Virus record (IMG/VR): IMGVR_UViG_3300017694_000006
Coordinates: 1 to 43,680 of that record
Direction: 5' to 3' (one strand)
DNA: 43,680 nucleotides
DNA from: a virus
The position numbers and the translations under genes were made by a program. Of the stretch, positions 6,667 to 14,621 are shown in pieces (position 1 is the stretch's first letter; every line of letters starts with the position of its first letter). The notes below the pieces were generated by a model. That model had not been told where the DNA came from. It was given only the letters and a program-made list of their open reading frames with translations, and made no database searches.

Positions 6667-6745
6667 GCCGCAGTAAACCGCCATTGCGCTAGTTCCGGGC
6701 GCACCAAAGTTTCCGCAGTTACCTGCGGCTTTGAAGTTAAGATGA

Positions 6746-6779
6746 GGGGTGCGCCAAATGGCGCACCCCTTTTTCTTTG
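6746..6779 (+). terminator. Rho-independent terminator downstream of int
   Basis: GGGGTGCGCC-AAAT-GGCGCACCCC (10-bp perfect stem) followed by TTTTTCTTT. Confidence 0.8.
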
Positions 6780-6804
6780 TGCCGGGCACGTTGTGGCACG
6801 GTAG

Positions 6805-6822
6805 TTCCATTAACATGACAAT
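6805..6822 (+). promoter_or_regulatory. Family-A motif copy TTCCATTAACATGACAAT, bracketed by the inverted repeat GGCACG/CGTGCC
   Basis: GGCACG at 6795-6800 and CGTGCC at 6823-6828. A hairpin GGCGACT-TATG-AGTCGCC follows at 6832-6849. Confidence 0.55.
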
Positions 6823-6886
6823 CGTGCCAATGGCGACTTATGAGTCGCCCTTGGGATACCTGCGTCCAACGCACGCGGACCGATAG

Positions 6887-6904
6887 TTCCGTTAGCCCGA
6901 CTAA
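6887..6904 (+). promoter_or_regulatory. Family-A motif copy TTCCGTTAGCCCGACTAA
   Basis: Preceded by CGATAG. Lies 29 nt (start to start) upstream of a family-B motif. Confidence 0.5.
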
Positions 6905-6915
6905 GGGCGCTCATC

Positions 6916-6938
6916 AATTACCACCCACCCTCGGCTCG
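6916..6938 (+). promoter_or_regulatory. Family-B (T3-like) promoter motif AATTACCACCCACCCTCGGCTCG, upstream of the RNAP gene
   Basis: Matches consensus AATTAWCMCCCACCMTCGGNGGA. Confidence 0.55.
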
Positions 6939-7006
6939 GGAAGCTCCTGCAGCCGCTCCTCGGTGCGCGTTCGGCGCACCCAATCCCTGACCAGGAAGGA
7001 ATACCT

Positions 7007-9499
7007 ATGACCGATTTCCGCGCCCAGCTTCGCCGCCAGATCGACCTTGAAGACGAGCAGCGCGCCCTGGGGCAATCCCGCTATCACTCGCGGGCTCTCC
7101 CGTGGAAAGCCGAAGCGGGCAGCATGGATGAGGAGGCCAACCTCCCGCCCGGCACGCACCTCCTCAAGGCAACCGTCAAGCCCGTGGCCGAGGCAATCGA
7201 GGCGTTCCTGTCCGAAGCGTGCGAGCGCAAGGCAGGGCGGCTGCACCGCGCCGTCGACTTCCTCCTCCTCGCTGAGCCCCAGGAGGTTGCCTATCTTGCG
7301 ACTCGGGTGATGGTGAACCTGTGCATGTCGCAGTCCCTGCTGCAGACGGTGGCCATCAAGGTCACCGACGCGCTCATCGAGAACCTGGAGTTCAAGTCGT
7401 TCCGCGAGATGAACCGGAAGGGGTACAAGGGGTTCCTGAAGGCCCAGGAGGCGAGGGGGTCTTACTCGCGCCAGCGCAAGAGCGCCGTCAAGAAGCTCTT
7501 CCAGCACGAAGGCTGCGCCATCAGCGTATCGCCGGAGGAGCGCGTCTCCATCGGCACGAAGTGCATCGAGCTGGTGATCGAGGCCACAGGCTTCTTCGCG
7601 TTAGAGAAGGTGCGCCGCTCCAACGGCTTCGCCTACAGCCTCCGCCCAACCGAGACGCTGCAGGGCTGGTTCGACAACCAGCACGCCCGCTGCTCGCTGC
7701 TCGACCCCATCAACATGCCCATGGTCGTTCGCCCGCGCCGCTGGCGCTCGCCCACCTACGGCGGCTACCTGACCCCCCGCCACGGGAACCGCTTCATCAA
7801 GCAGCGGAACCAAGCGTACCACCAGGAAGCCCGCCACATGGACCTGTCGAAGGTCTATGACAGCGTGAACCACATCCAGGACACGCCCTGGTCGATCAAC
7901 GTCCGCGTGCTGGAGGTGATGGAGCAGGTATGGGCTGACGGGACCTCCCTCGGGGGCCTTCCGCAACGCGAGGATGACCCTATCCCGGCCAAGCCGGAGG
8001 ACATCGACACCAATGAGGCAGCGAAGAACGCCTGGAAGCGGGCGGCTGCCGAGACCTACGAGACCAACGCGGAGCGTCAGTCGGGCCGCATCGCCATGCA
8101 CTCGGGTCTGTGGGTTGCCCGCAGGTTCGCTGACGAGGGCTCCATCTACTACCCCCACGAACTCGACTTCCGTGGGCGGGTCTATCCCATCCCGGTGTTC
8201 GGCCCGTCACCACAGGGCTGCGACTGGCAGAAGTCGCTCCTGCACTTCTCCGAAGGTGTCCCTCTGGGCCTTGAGGGTTTCCGCTGGCTCTGCATCCACG
8301 TCGCCAACCTCTTCGGGGTCGACAAGGTTTCCTTCCGGGAGCGGGAGAAGTGGGTCACGGACAACCTCCCGGCGCTCATGGACAGCGCACAGAACCCCCT
8401 CGACGGTGACAGGTTCTGGACGACCGCAGACAGCCCCTACAGCGCCCTTGCGGCTCTGTTCGAGCTGAACGACTGCGTTCTGATGGATGACCCCACGGCC
8501 TACGTGTCGCGGGTGCCTGTGGCGCTCGACGGGTCCTGCTCGGGCATCCAGCACTTCTCCGCGATGCTGAGGGATGCCGAGGGTGGCGCTGCGGTCAACC
8601 TGCTGCCCTCGGAGTTCCCGCAGGACATCTACATGCGCGCCGCAGGCAAGGCCCAGGTCATTGCCGACGCCACGCCCTTCATCACCTACACGGTGAAGGA
8701 AGGCGGGGAAGAGCATGATGTGACGATCCCGAACCCGTGGATGAACGGGATGGTCAAGCGGGGGATCGCCAAGCGTCCAACCATGACCTTCTGCTACAGC
8801 GCAACCCGCTTCGGCATGGGCGGCATGATCGTGTCGACCTTGAAGGAGATGGACCGAGACAGGGCAGGGAAGGGCGAGGGCCCGTACCTGGGCGGTGCGG
8901 ACAACTATCACTGCGCCATGTGGCTTTCCCACGTCATGTTTAGTTCCATTAGCGAGACTGTTCCGGCTGCCGCCAAGGCGATGGAGTGGCTCCGCGAGGC
9001 GGCGAAGGTGGCGGCGGAGGGCGGCTTGCCGCTGTGGTGGACGACCCCGATGGGCCTTCCAATCCTCCAGGAGTACAAGGCGCAGAAGGGCGAGCGCGTT
9101 GAGGTTCACTGGATGGGCCAGCGGGTTCGCATGATGGTCCAGAAGGAGACTGAGGACCTCGATGGGCGCGCCCAGGCAAATGGCGTCGCTCCGAACTTCG
9201 TCCACTCACTGGACGCAGCGCACCTCCAGGCCGTGGCGCTCCGCTGCCGGGAAGAGGGGATTGGCCACCTCGCCATGATCCACGACAGCTTCGGCACCCA
9301 CGCGGCCAACACCGCGCGGCTGTCAGCGATCCTCAGGGACACCTTCGTGGAGCAATACGAGGGCGATGTCCTGGGGGACTTCCATGCGGAGCTGAAGGAG
9401 CAGCTGGGAGAGGAGTTGGCAGCCAAGCTGCCGGAGCCTCCGAAGTCCGGGAACCTAGACCTGAACCTCATCCGAGGTGCGTCCTACACGTTCGCCTAA
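7007..9499 (+). CDS. Single-subunit DNA-directed RNA polymerase (T7 gene 1-like)
   Basis: 830 aa. Contains VALDGSCSGIQHFSAM, GVAPNFVHSLDAAHL, AMIHDSFGTH and a C-terminal YTFA (T7 ends FAFA). RBS GGAAGGA. Confidence 0.97.
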   Translation: MTDFRAQLRRQIDLEDEQRALGQSRYHSRALPWKAEAGSMDEEANLPPGTHLLKATVKPVAEAIEAFLSEACERKAGRLHRAVDFLLLAEPQEVAYLATRVMVNLCMSQSLLQTVAIKVTDALIENLEFKSFREMNRKGYKGFLKAQEARGSYSRQRKSAVKKLFQHEGCAISVSPEERVSIGTKCIELVIEATGFFALEKVRRSNGFAYSLRPTETLQGWFDNQHARCSLLDPINMPMVVRPRRWRSPTYGGYLTPRHGNRFIKQRNQAYHQEARHMDLSKVYDSVNHIQDTPWSINVRVLEVMEQVWADGTSLGGLPQREDDPIPAKPEDIDTNEAAKNAWKRAAAETYETNAERQSGRIAMHSGLWVARRFADEGSIYYPHELDFRGRVYPIPVFGPSPQGCDWQKSLLHFSEGVPLGLEGFRWLCIHVANLFGVDKVSFREREKWVTDNLPALMDSAQNPLDGDRFWTTADSPYSALAALFELNDCVLMDDPTAYVSRVPVALDGSCSGIQHFSAMLRDAEGGAAVNLLPSEFPQDIYMRAAGKAQVIADATPFITYTVKEGGEEHDVTIPNPWMNGMVKRGIAKRPTMTFCYSATRFGMGGMIVSTLKEMDRDRAGKGEGPYLGGADNYHCAMWLSHVMFSSISETVPAAAKAMEWLREAAKVAAEGGLPLWWTTPMGLPILQEYKAQKGERVEVHWMGQRVRMMVQKETEDLDGRAQANGVAPNFVHSLDAAHLQAVALRCREEGIGHLAMIHDSFGTHAANTARLSAILRDTFVEQYEGDVLGDFHAELKEQLGEELAAKLPEPPKSGNLDLNLIRGASYTFA
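8944..8961 (+). promoter_or_regulatory. Family-A-like motif TTCCATTAGCGAGACTGT inside the RNAP coding sequence
   Basis: TAGTTCCATTAGC shares the extended upstream TAG seen at 2428, 6805 and 6887. It is weaker in the 3' half and may be fortuitous. Confidence 0.25.
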
Positions 9500-9502
9500 T
9501 AC

Positions 9503-9520
9503 TTCCATTAGCCCGACGAT
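9503..9520 (+). promoter_or_regulatory. Family-A motif copy TTCCATTAGCCCGACGAT
   Basis: Begins 6 nt after the RNAP stop codon TAA. Lies 31 nt (start to start) upstream of a family-B motif. Confidence 0.55.
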
Positions 9521-9533
9521 CTCGGGTGCGGGC

Positions 9534-9556
9534 AATTATCCCCCACCATCGGCGGA
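9534..9556 (+). promoter_or_regulatory. Family-B (T3-like) promoter motif AATTATCCCCCACCATCGGCGGA
   Basis: Shares about 40 nt with the copy at 10819, including the downstream GGCGGATGAAACCGC. Confidence 0.65.
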
Positions 9557-9591
9557 TGAAACCGCACCCCATCAAAGAGGACCATGAGACC

Positions 9592-9702
9592 ATGAAGAAT
9601 ATCACCTTGAATCGTGAGGCCCGCGAGCGCCTCGCAAGGCAGCTGGCGGAGACCCACGGGCGTCCTGTCCAGGTCGTCGACGTCGCTGACGGAGGACGCT
9701 GA
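9592..9702 (+). CDS. Small hypothetical protein (36 aa)
   Basis: ATG 8 nt after AGAGGA. The stop TGA overlaps the ATG of the next gene (TGATG). Below the ORF-track length cutoff. Confidence 0.35.
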   Translation: MKNITLNREARERLARQLAETHGRPVQVVDVADGGR

Positions 9703-10166
9703 TGCGCCTCCTCTACCTCGACCTAGACGGCGTCATGGCCGACTTCGACGCCCACTTCCCGGCCCTGTTCGGCGTGGATCATCGCGAGATGCTCGACGAG
9801 GAAATGTGGTCAAGGATCAACGCACACCCGAGCTACTTCCGCGACATGCCGATGTGCCCCGGCGCGCTGGAGTTCTTCCATGAGGTGCGACACCTCAATC
9901 CCATCATCCTCACCGCGTGCCCCAAGTCGGATTATGCCCACGTCGCGCGGCAGAAGCGGGCCTGGGTTCGCCAGCACCTGTCACCTGAGCTGACCGTTCT
10001 GCCCGTCATGGGAGGGCGCAACAAGCCGCTCTTCATGCACGCCATGGGCGACGTCTTGGTCGACGATCTGGACCGCAACTGCGGGGCCTGGGCGGACGCA
10101 GGCGGCTACCCTGTGCGGCACCGGAACTTCGAACTCACCCGTGCGCGGCTGAAGGAGCTGTTCTGA
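9702..10166 (+). CDS. HAD-superfamily 5'(3')-deoxyribonucleotidase-like protein
   Basis: N-terminal LYLDLDGVMADF (DxDGV nucleophile motif) and, later, VLVDD. Confidence 0.7.
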   Translation: MRLLYLDLDGVMADFDAHFPALFGVDHREMLDEEMWSRINAHPSYFRDMPMCPGALEFFHEVRHLNPIILTACPKSDYAHVARQKRAWVRQHLSPELTVLPVMGGRNKPLFMHAMGDVLVDDLDRNCGAWADAGGYPVRHRNFELTRARLKELF

Positions 10167-10819
10167 TGTTCGCCTATCGCACCCCGCGCGTCATCTCGCT
10201 CACCGACATCAAGTTCGACGAGGCGGTCCTATCGACCGACCACTGCGGGCTCTTCAGGGCCCCTCTGCACCTCGCGGCTGCCCTCATGCCCTCCATGGCG
10301 GACCTCATCGCCTCTTGCCCCATCGACGCGGCCTATCGCGCCGACTGGGAGCTAGACGTCAAGGTCCACATGCTGATGCGGGATCAGTACCCCTGCATCC
10401 CTAACTGGCACTGCGACAACGTTCCGCGCACTGATGGGACCCGCTACGACCTCGTCGGCTCCCATGACGGGACGTTCGACTATGGGGCGGGGCGGGACAT
10501 CCCGATGTTCCTTTGGGTGTCCGACGAACCCACTACGGAGTTCCTCGCAGAGGAGCTGCAGGTTCCCGAGACGCCCGGCAGCCACGCCGACGTCGCCTTC
10601 GACATCCAGCAGTGGGCCCCTCGCACCCAGCGCATTCAGGCGAACGCTTGGTATTCGATGGATCAGCGCACGCCCCATCGCGGTCGTGCGGCGGAGCATG
10701 GAGGTTGGCGTGTGTTCGCGCGACTGACCCACAAGTCAATCGCACCGAGCCGCCCGGTTCTGTCGGTGATCCGCAGGCACACACAAGTCTACCTCGAAGC
10801 CGACCACTTCACTTGGTGA
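10166..10819 (+). CDS. Hypothetical protein, possibly with a cupin / 2OG-Fe(II)-oxygenase-like fold
   Basis: 217 aa. Has an HxD candidate (NWHCDN), a distal His-Arg (RTPHRGR) and RVFARL. The fold assignment is a guess. Confidence 0.55.
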   Translation: MFAYRTPRVISLTDIKFDEAVLSTDHCGLFRAPLHLAAALMPSMADLIASCPIDAAYRADWELDVKVHMLMRDQYPCIPNWHCDNVPRTDGTRYDLVGSHDGTFDYGAGRDIPMFLWVSDEPTTEFLAEELQVPETPGSHADVAFDIQQWAPRTQRIQANAWYSMDQRTPHRGRAAEHGGWRVFARLTHKSIAPSRPVLSVIRRHTQVYLEADHFTW

Positions 10820-10841
10820 ATTAACACCCACCATCGGCGGA
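10819..10841 (+). promoter_or_regulatory. Family-B (T3-like) promoter motif AATTAACACCCACCATCGGCGGA
   Basis: Best match to the T3 consensus AATTAACCCTCACTAAAGGGAGA. The predicted +1 G at 10836 begins the hairpin GGCGG-ATGAAA-CCGCC. Confidence 0.7.
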
Positions 10842-10867
10842 TGAAACCGCCTCCCCATCTTTGCGCC

Positions 10868-10890
10868 AATTATCCCCCATCCTCGGGGGT
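10868..10890 (+). promoter_or_regulatory. Family-B promoter motif AATTATCCCCCATCCTCGGGGGT (tandem with 10819)
   Basis: Lies 49 nt downstream of the previous copy. Confidence 0.55.
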
Positions 10891-10938
10891 GGGATCATTC
10901 TTAGGTTCCTATTGGCCCCGACTTCACTGGAGCTGTTC

Positions 10939-11151
10939 ATGTCACTCAACTCGCTTCGTCGGCGTAACCGTGCGCTGCGCATCAAGCTCGGGACCCGTCC
11001 TGAAGTGTTCGTCGACCCGCGTGAGCGAGTTGAGGCGGACCTTACCACCGTCACCCTGCACCCGACCAAGGGCTTCCGCCGCATCTGCGGGAAGCGGGCG
11101 GCTCTGTACGCCATCCCCGGCCTCGCCGCATGCACCACTGGAGCTACCTGA
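10939..11151 (+). CDS. Hypothetical protein (70 aa)
   Basis: ATG 6 nt after GGAG, with high third-position GC. Part of ORF-track 10861..11151. Confidence 0.5.
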   Translation: MSLNSLRRRNRALRIKLGTRPEVFVDPRERVEADLTTVTLHPTKGFRRICGKRAALYAIPGLAACTTGAT

Positions 11152-11197
11152 TGAACACTTTCGATCCCACCAAGCCGGTCGCGGTCGCCCTCGTCTG

Positions 11198-11473
11198 ATG
11201 CCTCCCCACACCATCCGCGACCGGGTGTCCTTCAGGTCCACCCTAGCCCCCCTCAAGACCCCAGCCTTTTCCATCCTGGACGCTCTGCAGTCTCACGCTG
11301 CTGACATCCAGCTCGAAGCGCTGGCTCTCACCTTCACCATCCTGGCCCGAGGGGCCGGGCTGAGTGCCCATGAGCTGGTCGACCGCGCTGGTCGGCAGCT
11401 CTCGGACGCCGAGGCGGTCCGCAACCCTATTCCCGAGGCCATCGCGGCCTACGCGCAAGGAGAACTCCGTTGA
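11198..11473 (+). CDS. Hypothetical protein (91 aa)
   Basis: ATG at 11198 in the frame of ORF-track 10841..11473. High third-position GC and a TGATG overlap upstream. Confidence 0.5.
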   Translation: MPPHTIRDRVSFRSTLAPLKTPAFSILDALQSHAADIQLEALALTFTILARGAGLSAHELVDRAGRQLSDAEAVRNPIPEAIAAYAQGELR

Positions 11474-12327
11474 GCAAGATTGATATCACCAAGCCGCTGC
11501 AGTTGGCAGACGGCACCAAGGCCGCGTTCAGTCGCGTTGATACCGATGGCGACATCGTCGTGTTCGTGGGTGATGGCCGTGGCATGTGCTATTTCAACCC
11601 CCACACCGGGAAGCACGTCTTCGGTTTCCTGCCCGCCCTCATGAACGTCCCCGAAGCTGCCCACGCATGGTCCGACGTGGACCCAACCAAGCCCCTCGAA
11701 GACCTCGAAGGACATGCGGTGACCCTCGTCGGTCGCACGGTCACCCGAGACGACGGCGGTGAAATCAACATCCCCTGCCACGGCTTTGGCCCTCACCGGA
11801 TCGTGTACGTCACGGTCGATGCTACGGGCTGGGGATGGCCGGACTACAAGCCGTTCCTCCGCAATCGCGCAGAGGTCCCCGCAGCCACCCTCGACACCTC
11901 CAAGCCCCTGCAGACCGCTGACGGCAAGCCCGTCAAGTTCCTCGGCACGATGTCCGATGGCCGCTTGGTCGTCGAGGTGAACTACGGTCGCCTCACCGCG
12001 CCATACGCCACCGAGCTGCGTTTCGCTGATGGACGCAAGTCCGCCCGCAACGGCGTCACCTCGGGCGACGATCTGGTCGTCAAGGTCACGAAGTCGACCC
12101 GCTTCCTCAACGTCTACTCGGACGGCACCGGCAGTAAGTCGGTCCACACGACCTTCGAGGCCGCGCGGGACAACTCCAAGTACGGGAAGGTCCGCGTGGC
12201 TGTCATCGAGCAGCAGCTGGAAGACGGCGTCGTGGTCTCGGCCAAGTGCATGCCGAGCGTCGAGCCGTGGTTCCGCAGCCGCAGCTTCCCCAAGGGACGC
12301 AAGGCAACCGCAGCAGACTTCGCCTGA
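11470..12327 (+). CDS. Hypothetical protein with three internal D-x-T/S-K-P-L repeats
   Basis: TTG start 7 nt after GGAGA. Repeat units are DITKPLQLADGTKAAF, DPTKPLEDLEGHAVTL and DTSKPLQTADGKPVKF. Confidence 0.65.
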   Translation: MSKIDITKPLQLADGTKAAFSRVDTDGDIVVFVGDGRGMCYFNPHTGKHVFGFLPALMNVPEAAHAWSDVDPTKPLEDLEGHAVTLVGRTVTRDDGGEINIPCHGFGPHRIVYVTVDATGWGWPDYKPFLRNRAEVPAATLDTSKPLQTADGKPVKFLGTMSDGRLVVEVNYGRLTAPYATELRFADGRKSARNGVTSGDDLVVKVTKSTRFLNVYSDGTGSKSVHTTFEAARDNSKYGKVRVAVIEQQLEDGVVVSAKCMPSVEPWFRSRSFPKGRKATAADFA

Positions 12328-12489
12328 ATGGACGAACTGCTCTACCTCAACATGGTCGAGGCCGCTGCCGAGCGCGCTGCCGAGACCGGCGCGGTTGACC
12401 TAGTCGACATCGCCAACGCCGCCGAAAGCGGCTTCGACACCACTCAGTTCATTGCAGACGCCACGGCTGCTGCCGAACTCCTCCATTAA
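12328..12489 (+). CDS. Small acidic hypothetical protein (53 aa)
   Basis: ATG directly after the upstream stop codon. Its own stop codon TAA lies inside the family-A motif CTCCATTAAC. Below the ORF-track cutoff. Confidence 0.4.
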   Translation: MDELLYLNMVEAAAERAAETGAVDLVDIANAAESGFDTTQFIADATAAAELLH

Positions 12490-12498
12490 CAGGATAAT
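12481..12498 (+). promoter_or_regulatory. Family-A motif variant CTCCATTAACAGGATAAT upstream of the SSB gene
   Basis: Lies 8 nt upstream of ATG 12506. Confidence 0.45.
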
Positions 12499-12505
12499 CC
12501 GACAC

Positions 12506-13264
12506 ATGGCGAAATCCACCTACGTGGCGGGGCCGAAGTTCACGACCCCCCGCGCTCCGGCTATCTGGCCGCGCCTCAACGAGGCCGATACGAAGTTCGA
12601 CGCCGCTGGCGTCTACGAGTGCAAACAAGAGCTGTCGCTCGACGACCCCATCGTCATCAAGATCAGGGCCAAGGCGTTGGAAATCGCCAAGGCCAAGTTC
12701 GAGGAGGTCAAGGAGACCTTGGCGGGCGAGAGCGGCGTGTTCTTCGACGAGGAAGAGTACGACGCGCGGGTTGCGGAGCTTAAGGCCTCTGGAAAGCAGG
12801 CCCTCATCAAGAAGCTCAAGCTCGTCACGCTGGTGGAGCCGCTGGCTCCTGAGGTCGACGACGAGGGCGACGAGACCGGCACCGTGATGCTGAAGGCCAA
12901 GATGAAGGCCTCAGGCGTCTACAAGTCCGGTAAGAAGAGCGGTGAAGCCTGGGAGCGCAGGCCCGACATCTTCAACGCCCAGGGCAAGCAGCTCACGAAC
13001 CCGCCGAAGATCGGCTCGGGCTCGGAAGTGAAGATGTCCATCGAGCTGAACCCTTACTACGCTGCCAGCGACGGCACCGTGGGTTGCTCCTTCCGTCTCT
13101 CGGCGGTCCAGCTCATCACCTTGGTCGCCTTCGGCCAGCGTGACGCTTCGGCCCACGGCTTTGGCGCGGAAGATGGCGACGACATCGACGACGAAGAGCT
13201 GAGCAGCGGCGGCGGTTTCAAGAACGAGACTGGCGGCGACAGCTCGGACGACGACGAGCTTTGA
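12506..13264 (+). CDS. Single-stranded DNA-binding protein (T7 gp2.5-like)
   Basis: MAKSTYVAGPKFTTPRA..., IGSGSEVKMSIELNPYY (T7 has IGGGSKLKVKYSLVPYK) and an acidic C-terminal tail GGDSSDDDEL. Confidence 0.85.
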   Translation: MAKSTYVAGPKFTTPRAPAIWPRLNEADTKFDAAGVYECKQELSLDDPIVIKIRAKALEIAKAKFEEVKETLAGESGVFFDEEEYDARVAELKASGKQALIKKLKLVTLVEPLAPEVDDEGDETGTVMLKAKMKASGVYKSGKKSGEAWERRPDIFNAQGKQLTNPPKIGSGSEVKMSIELNPYYAASDGTVGCSFRLSAVQLITLVAFGQRDASAHGFGAEDGDDIDDEELSSGGGFKNETGGDSSDDDEL

Positions 13265-13683
13265 CGTCCACTAGCTTCCGGCTTGCCATTGCCCCGATGC
13301 CTACTCCTCGACCAAGGGCGCGGGTTATCGTGGCGGCAGGGCGGAAGCCCATCGCTTCCTTCTACTCCCCCAAGGAATACCAGGAGTGGCAGAAAGAAGC
13401 GGCGCAGGCGCTGAAGAGCGTACCCGCGTTCCCCCTCGATGGACCTTGCGAAGTATCCATCATCTGCGAGGCGGCGAAGCCCAAGACCACCAAGCTGCCG
13501 CACCCCAAGTGGGACGTCGACAACGCTGCGAAAAGCGTTCTCGACGCCATCACGAAGGACGGTCGGTTCTGGGCCGACGACAGCCAAGTCGCGCTCCTGA
13601 AGGTCACCAAGAGGTGGACGGAGGGGGAGCCCGGCATCTCAGTACAGCTGGCACCGTGCGAGCCGCATGGGTCCAGTCTGTAG
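13261..13683 (+). CDS. rusA: RusA-family Holliday junction resolvase
   Basis: PMPTPRPRARV near the N-terminus, WDVDNAAKSVLDAI and FWADDSQV. TTG start overlaps the SSB stop codon. Confidence 0.75.
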   Translation: MTSTSFRLAIAPMPTPRPRARVIVAAGRKPIASFYSPKEYQEWQKEAAQALKSVPAFPLDGPCEVSIICEAAKPKTTKLPHPKWDVDNAAKSVLDAITKDGRFWADDSQVALLKVTKRWTEGEPGISVQLAPCEPHGSSL

Positions 13684-14146
13684 TTCCTGCGGCTACCCTG
13701 TCGCAGCGATCAAGCGAACCGGAGGCAGGCCTCGGAAGTGCCTAGGTTGTCAGAGGGAAGTCGCGAGGCTTTCTAAAGCAGCAGCGCGCGCCCGCAACGG
13801 CACGGGTATTAGGTGCCATCATCGCAAATGGATGGCCGACAACCCAGCCAAGCGAATGCTTTACTCTGCGAAGAGGCGGGCATCGCAGCAAGGTCTGCCG
13901 TTCAATCTGACTGAGGCTGACATCGAGGTTCCTGAGTTCTGCCCAGCTATGGGCATCCGACTGAAGACTTCGCCGGGTCCACGGGACAGGACCTCACCCA
14001 GCCTCGACCGCCTCAAGCCACACCTCGGCTACACCAAAGGCAACGTGGCCGTAATCAGCGACTACGCCAACCGCATCAAGCAGGACGCCACGCCCGAAGA
14101 GGTGATGGCCGTCGCTCGCTGGATGGAAACAATCAAGGACCCATGA
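13667..14146 (+). CDS. Free-standing HNH/His-Me-finger-like endonuclease, paralog 1
   Basis: N-terminal CxxC...CxxC, then LPFNLTEADIEVPEFCPAMGIRL...SPSLDRLKPHLGYTKGNVAVISDYANRIK. About 45 percent identical by eye to 19701-20126. Confidence 0.55.
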   Translation: MGPVCSSCGYPVAAIKRTGGRPRKCLGCQREVARLSKAAARARNGTGIRCHHRKWMADNPAKRMLYSAKRRASQQGLPFNLTEADIEVPEFCPAMGIRLKTSPGPRDRTSPSLDRLKPHLGYTKGNVAVISDYANRIKQDATPEEVMAVARWMETIKDP

Positions 14147-14607
14147 ACTACCGTCCAATGACCCGCATCGGGTTCATCGCGATCCATTGCTCGGCAACCC
14201 CGGCAACCTCGGTGAACATCGACGCAGCTGAAATCCGCCGCTGGCACCGTAAGCTGGGCTGGCGCGACATCGGCTACCACTTCGTCATCAAGCGCGATGG
14301 CACCGTCGAACCCGGTCGACCGGTCGACATGCCCGGAGCGCACGAACCGAAGATCAACTCCCAGTCCATCGCGGTCTGCCTCGTCGGCGGATCGCCGCCC
14401 ATCGGCTCCCCGGAGCAGAAGAAGGGCTTGGGAGAGAACAACTACACGCCCGCCCAGTGGGCCTCCCTGAAGAAGCTCGTCACCGAACTGCACGCCAAGC
14501 ACCCGAACGCGGTCGTCCTCGGACATCGCGACGTTCCCGGCGTGCGCAAGGCGTGCCCGAGCTTCGAAGCGAAGGCCTGGTGGTCGGAGAACAAACCCAC
14601 CTCGTAA
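14143..14607 (+). CDS. N-acetylmuramoyl-L-alanine amidase (T7 lysozyme gp3.5-like)
   Basis: IAIHCSAT, WRDIGYHFVI and VLGHRDV...KACPSF match the T7 lysozyme / PGRP amidase_2 pattern. Confidence 0.9.
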   Translation: MNYRPMTRIGFIAIHCSATPATSVNIDAAEIRRWHRKLGWRDIGYHFVIKRDGTVEPGRPVDMPGAHEPKINSQSIAVCLVGGSPPIGSPEQKKGLGENNYTPAQWASLKKLVTELHAKHPNAVVLGHRDVPGVRKACPSFEAKAWWSENKPTS

Positions 14608-14621
14608 ACGGAGAACCCGAG

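Noticed and set aside
6676-6702. tRNA 3'-end-like string ...gctagttccgggcgcacca that could mark attP
   Set aside because: Counting back from the CCA gives no pairing T-stem and no TTCRA T-loop, so it is not a canonical tRNA fragment. It remains only part of the attP search interval.
6794-6808. RpoN-like TGGCAC-N5-TTCC overlapping the family-A motif at 6805
   Set aside because: The GG at -24 is present only in this copy and not in the other ten family-A copies, so sigma-54 recognition does not explain the motif family.
10841-11473. Single 210-aa ORF spanning 10841-11473
   Set aside because: The first 119 codons are low-complexity (Ser/Pro/Arg/Cys) and begin inside the promoter motif. Third-position GC and RBS placement instead support three shorter genes in two frames: 10939-11151, the 15-codon frame at 11151-11198, and 11198-11473.
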